From Eledone cirrhosa (lineage: Eukaryota): a stretch of DNA of 64,000 nt. Below the pieces are notes generated by a model, which saw nothing but the letters and a program-made list of their open reading frames with translations, was not told the origin of the DNA and ran no database searches. How positions within the stretch are numbered: position 1 is the stretch's first letter; each line of letters begins with the position of its first letter. A program made the position numbers and the translations under genes. Location of the stretch: assembly GCA_964016885.1 (NCBI GenBank), contig OZ024755.1:1116001-1180000 (forward strand), in the 5' to 3' direction. This document shows, piece after piece, positions 1 to 64,000 of this stretch.

Positions 1-440
1 TTGCTGCCAATTCTCTCCTCTCAGATTCTCTACAATAAAATGTATCTTAAAGGCTGAAGGATATTTCTCTGTAGAAGTATTGAATGTAATCTTAAAGTCT
101 TTCTCAGACCCAGAGAAATTCTTGGACATTTTCTTCTATTACCATCGAAATATAAAACAAAACAAAACATTTTGATAAATTTAAAATATAAGACTTGGTC
201 TATTTTAACCAAGAAGCACTCAATATATGTTTGAGGGATCTGTTCCCTGCATAAGATGACATGGTACAATAAAGAAGTTAATACATTATTGTATAAAGTA
301 TATTTTTATCTGATTAGATTATTTACAATGTTTATTTATCGTCATTGGTTTCCTACTTTTATTCTTTACATTTGTAGGTTTAAATCCTACTGCGTTATTG
401 GTAAAGTTGTTACAATTCCTTTTTACAGGATCTCTTTCTT

Positions 441-62985
<62,545 letters not shown>

Positions 62986-64000
62986 CTGCAAAATTAAATT
63001 AATATTTTACTGCTTTTGTACTGAGTTACATGGGACCAGTATCAATCTGACCTGACCATTGCAGCTGTTATTAATTTTAATTAACACTTTTAGCACTTTT
63101 AAATATTTCCCAAGTCTTAGAAAAAAATAAAAAACACACTTGACTGATCGTCAAATTCAAGTAAAAATAGATTTCTACAGTTTTCAAAAGCAAATATTGA
63201 ACCTCATTGAGTGAAACACTGAAACCTTGTCTTTCAAATTTACTAAGTCCAACTCATTTGAAAAAAAAATAAAAACCCTGCAAAATGCATTAAGTGTGTT
63301 GTGAATGTAGCATTAGATAAAGTGAATGTCGTGAATGTAGCATTACATAACCTGCATAAAGTGTGTTGTGAATGTAGCATTAGATAACCTGAATTCAGAA
63401 TGTTGCTGTGAATTGATTCACTTTGAAATATAATTGACTGATTTACAAAAGCAGCTCAATTTGAAGCTAAAAATTTGTTGACTTCAAAACTGAATTAGAA
63501 TATATTGAAAAAGATTGTTTTGTAAGAGAAATGGCAGAGAAAAAAGTGCAGAAAATGAGATTCTGAAACTATGGAATTCCATTCCATAAACTTCTGCCAT
63601 TTATTGATTATCCAAGCAGATAAACCCATGATAGCATGGAAGATAGACGTTAAACGATGATGATGATGATGATATTTTAAAGAATGAATTTAGTTATGTT
63701 TTTCTATAAAATAATTTGTAGAATACAAATAAAATAATCATAGTAACATGTTGCTCATGAACTCCTTCATGAAGACATGAGGGAATTTTTAAAAGATTCC
63801 TTCATGAGGAAATGTTGGTGCCATAATAAAATGCACCCAATACATTCTGTAAAGTGGTTGGTGTTAGGAAGGGCATTCAGCCATAAAAACCATAGCAATC
63901 AAATCAAAGAATTGAGAGAATTTTTTGATAGTGTCAAGAACACAACAACCTCCTTTCTGCTGGAGCCATAATAAAATGCACCCACTACACTCTGTAAAGT

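Noticed and set aside
62986-64000. Reelin promoter, start codon or further Reeler exons
   Set aside because: No Reeler-like coding sequence seen; region is intronic repeat and the 5' exons must lie outside the window.

Overview
AT-rich, microsatellite-dense eukaryotic DNA, not prokaryotic. The repeat landscape suggests an octopod cephalopod; this is inferred from recalled repeat families and was not searched. Nearly the whole window is one minus-strand gene, Reelin. I reconstructed 55 coding exons by hand (62985 down to the stop at 441-443). All introns are GT-AG and every junction keeps the frame. Together they give 9823 nt (~3270 aa): end of the Reeler domain, the unique H region, eight A-EGF-B Reelin repeats and a short basic tail. 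The first exons (signal peptide, most of the Reeler domain) lie beyond the window end. Introns hold TTAA MITEs, tRNA-derived SINEs, RTE LINE 3' ends, TA-flanked palindromes and many transposon-derived minisatellites. Highlights: (1) a 142-nt, 94%-identical inverted copy of a Reelin exon and its donor 32 kb downstream in the same transcript, a candidate RNA-editing or splicing duplex; (2) a minimal hammerhead ribozyme motif; (3) inverted repeats flanking exons; (4) an array of decoy 5' splice sites; (5) mixed conservation of vertebrate Reelin functional residues. Comparisons to vertebrate Reelin use recalled sequence and need alignment.
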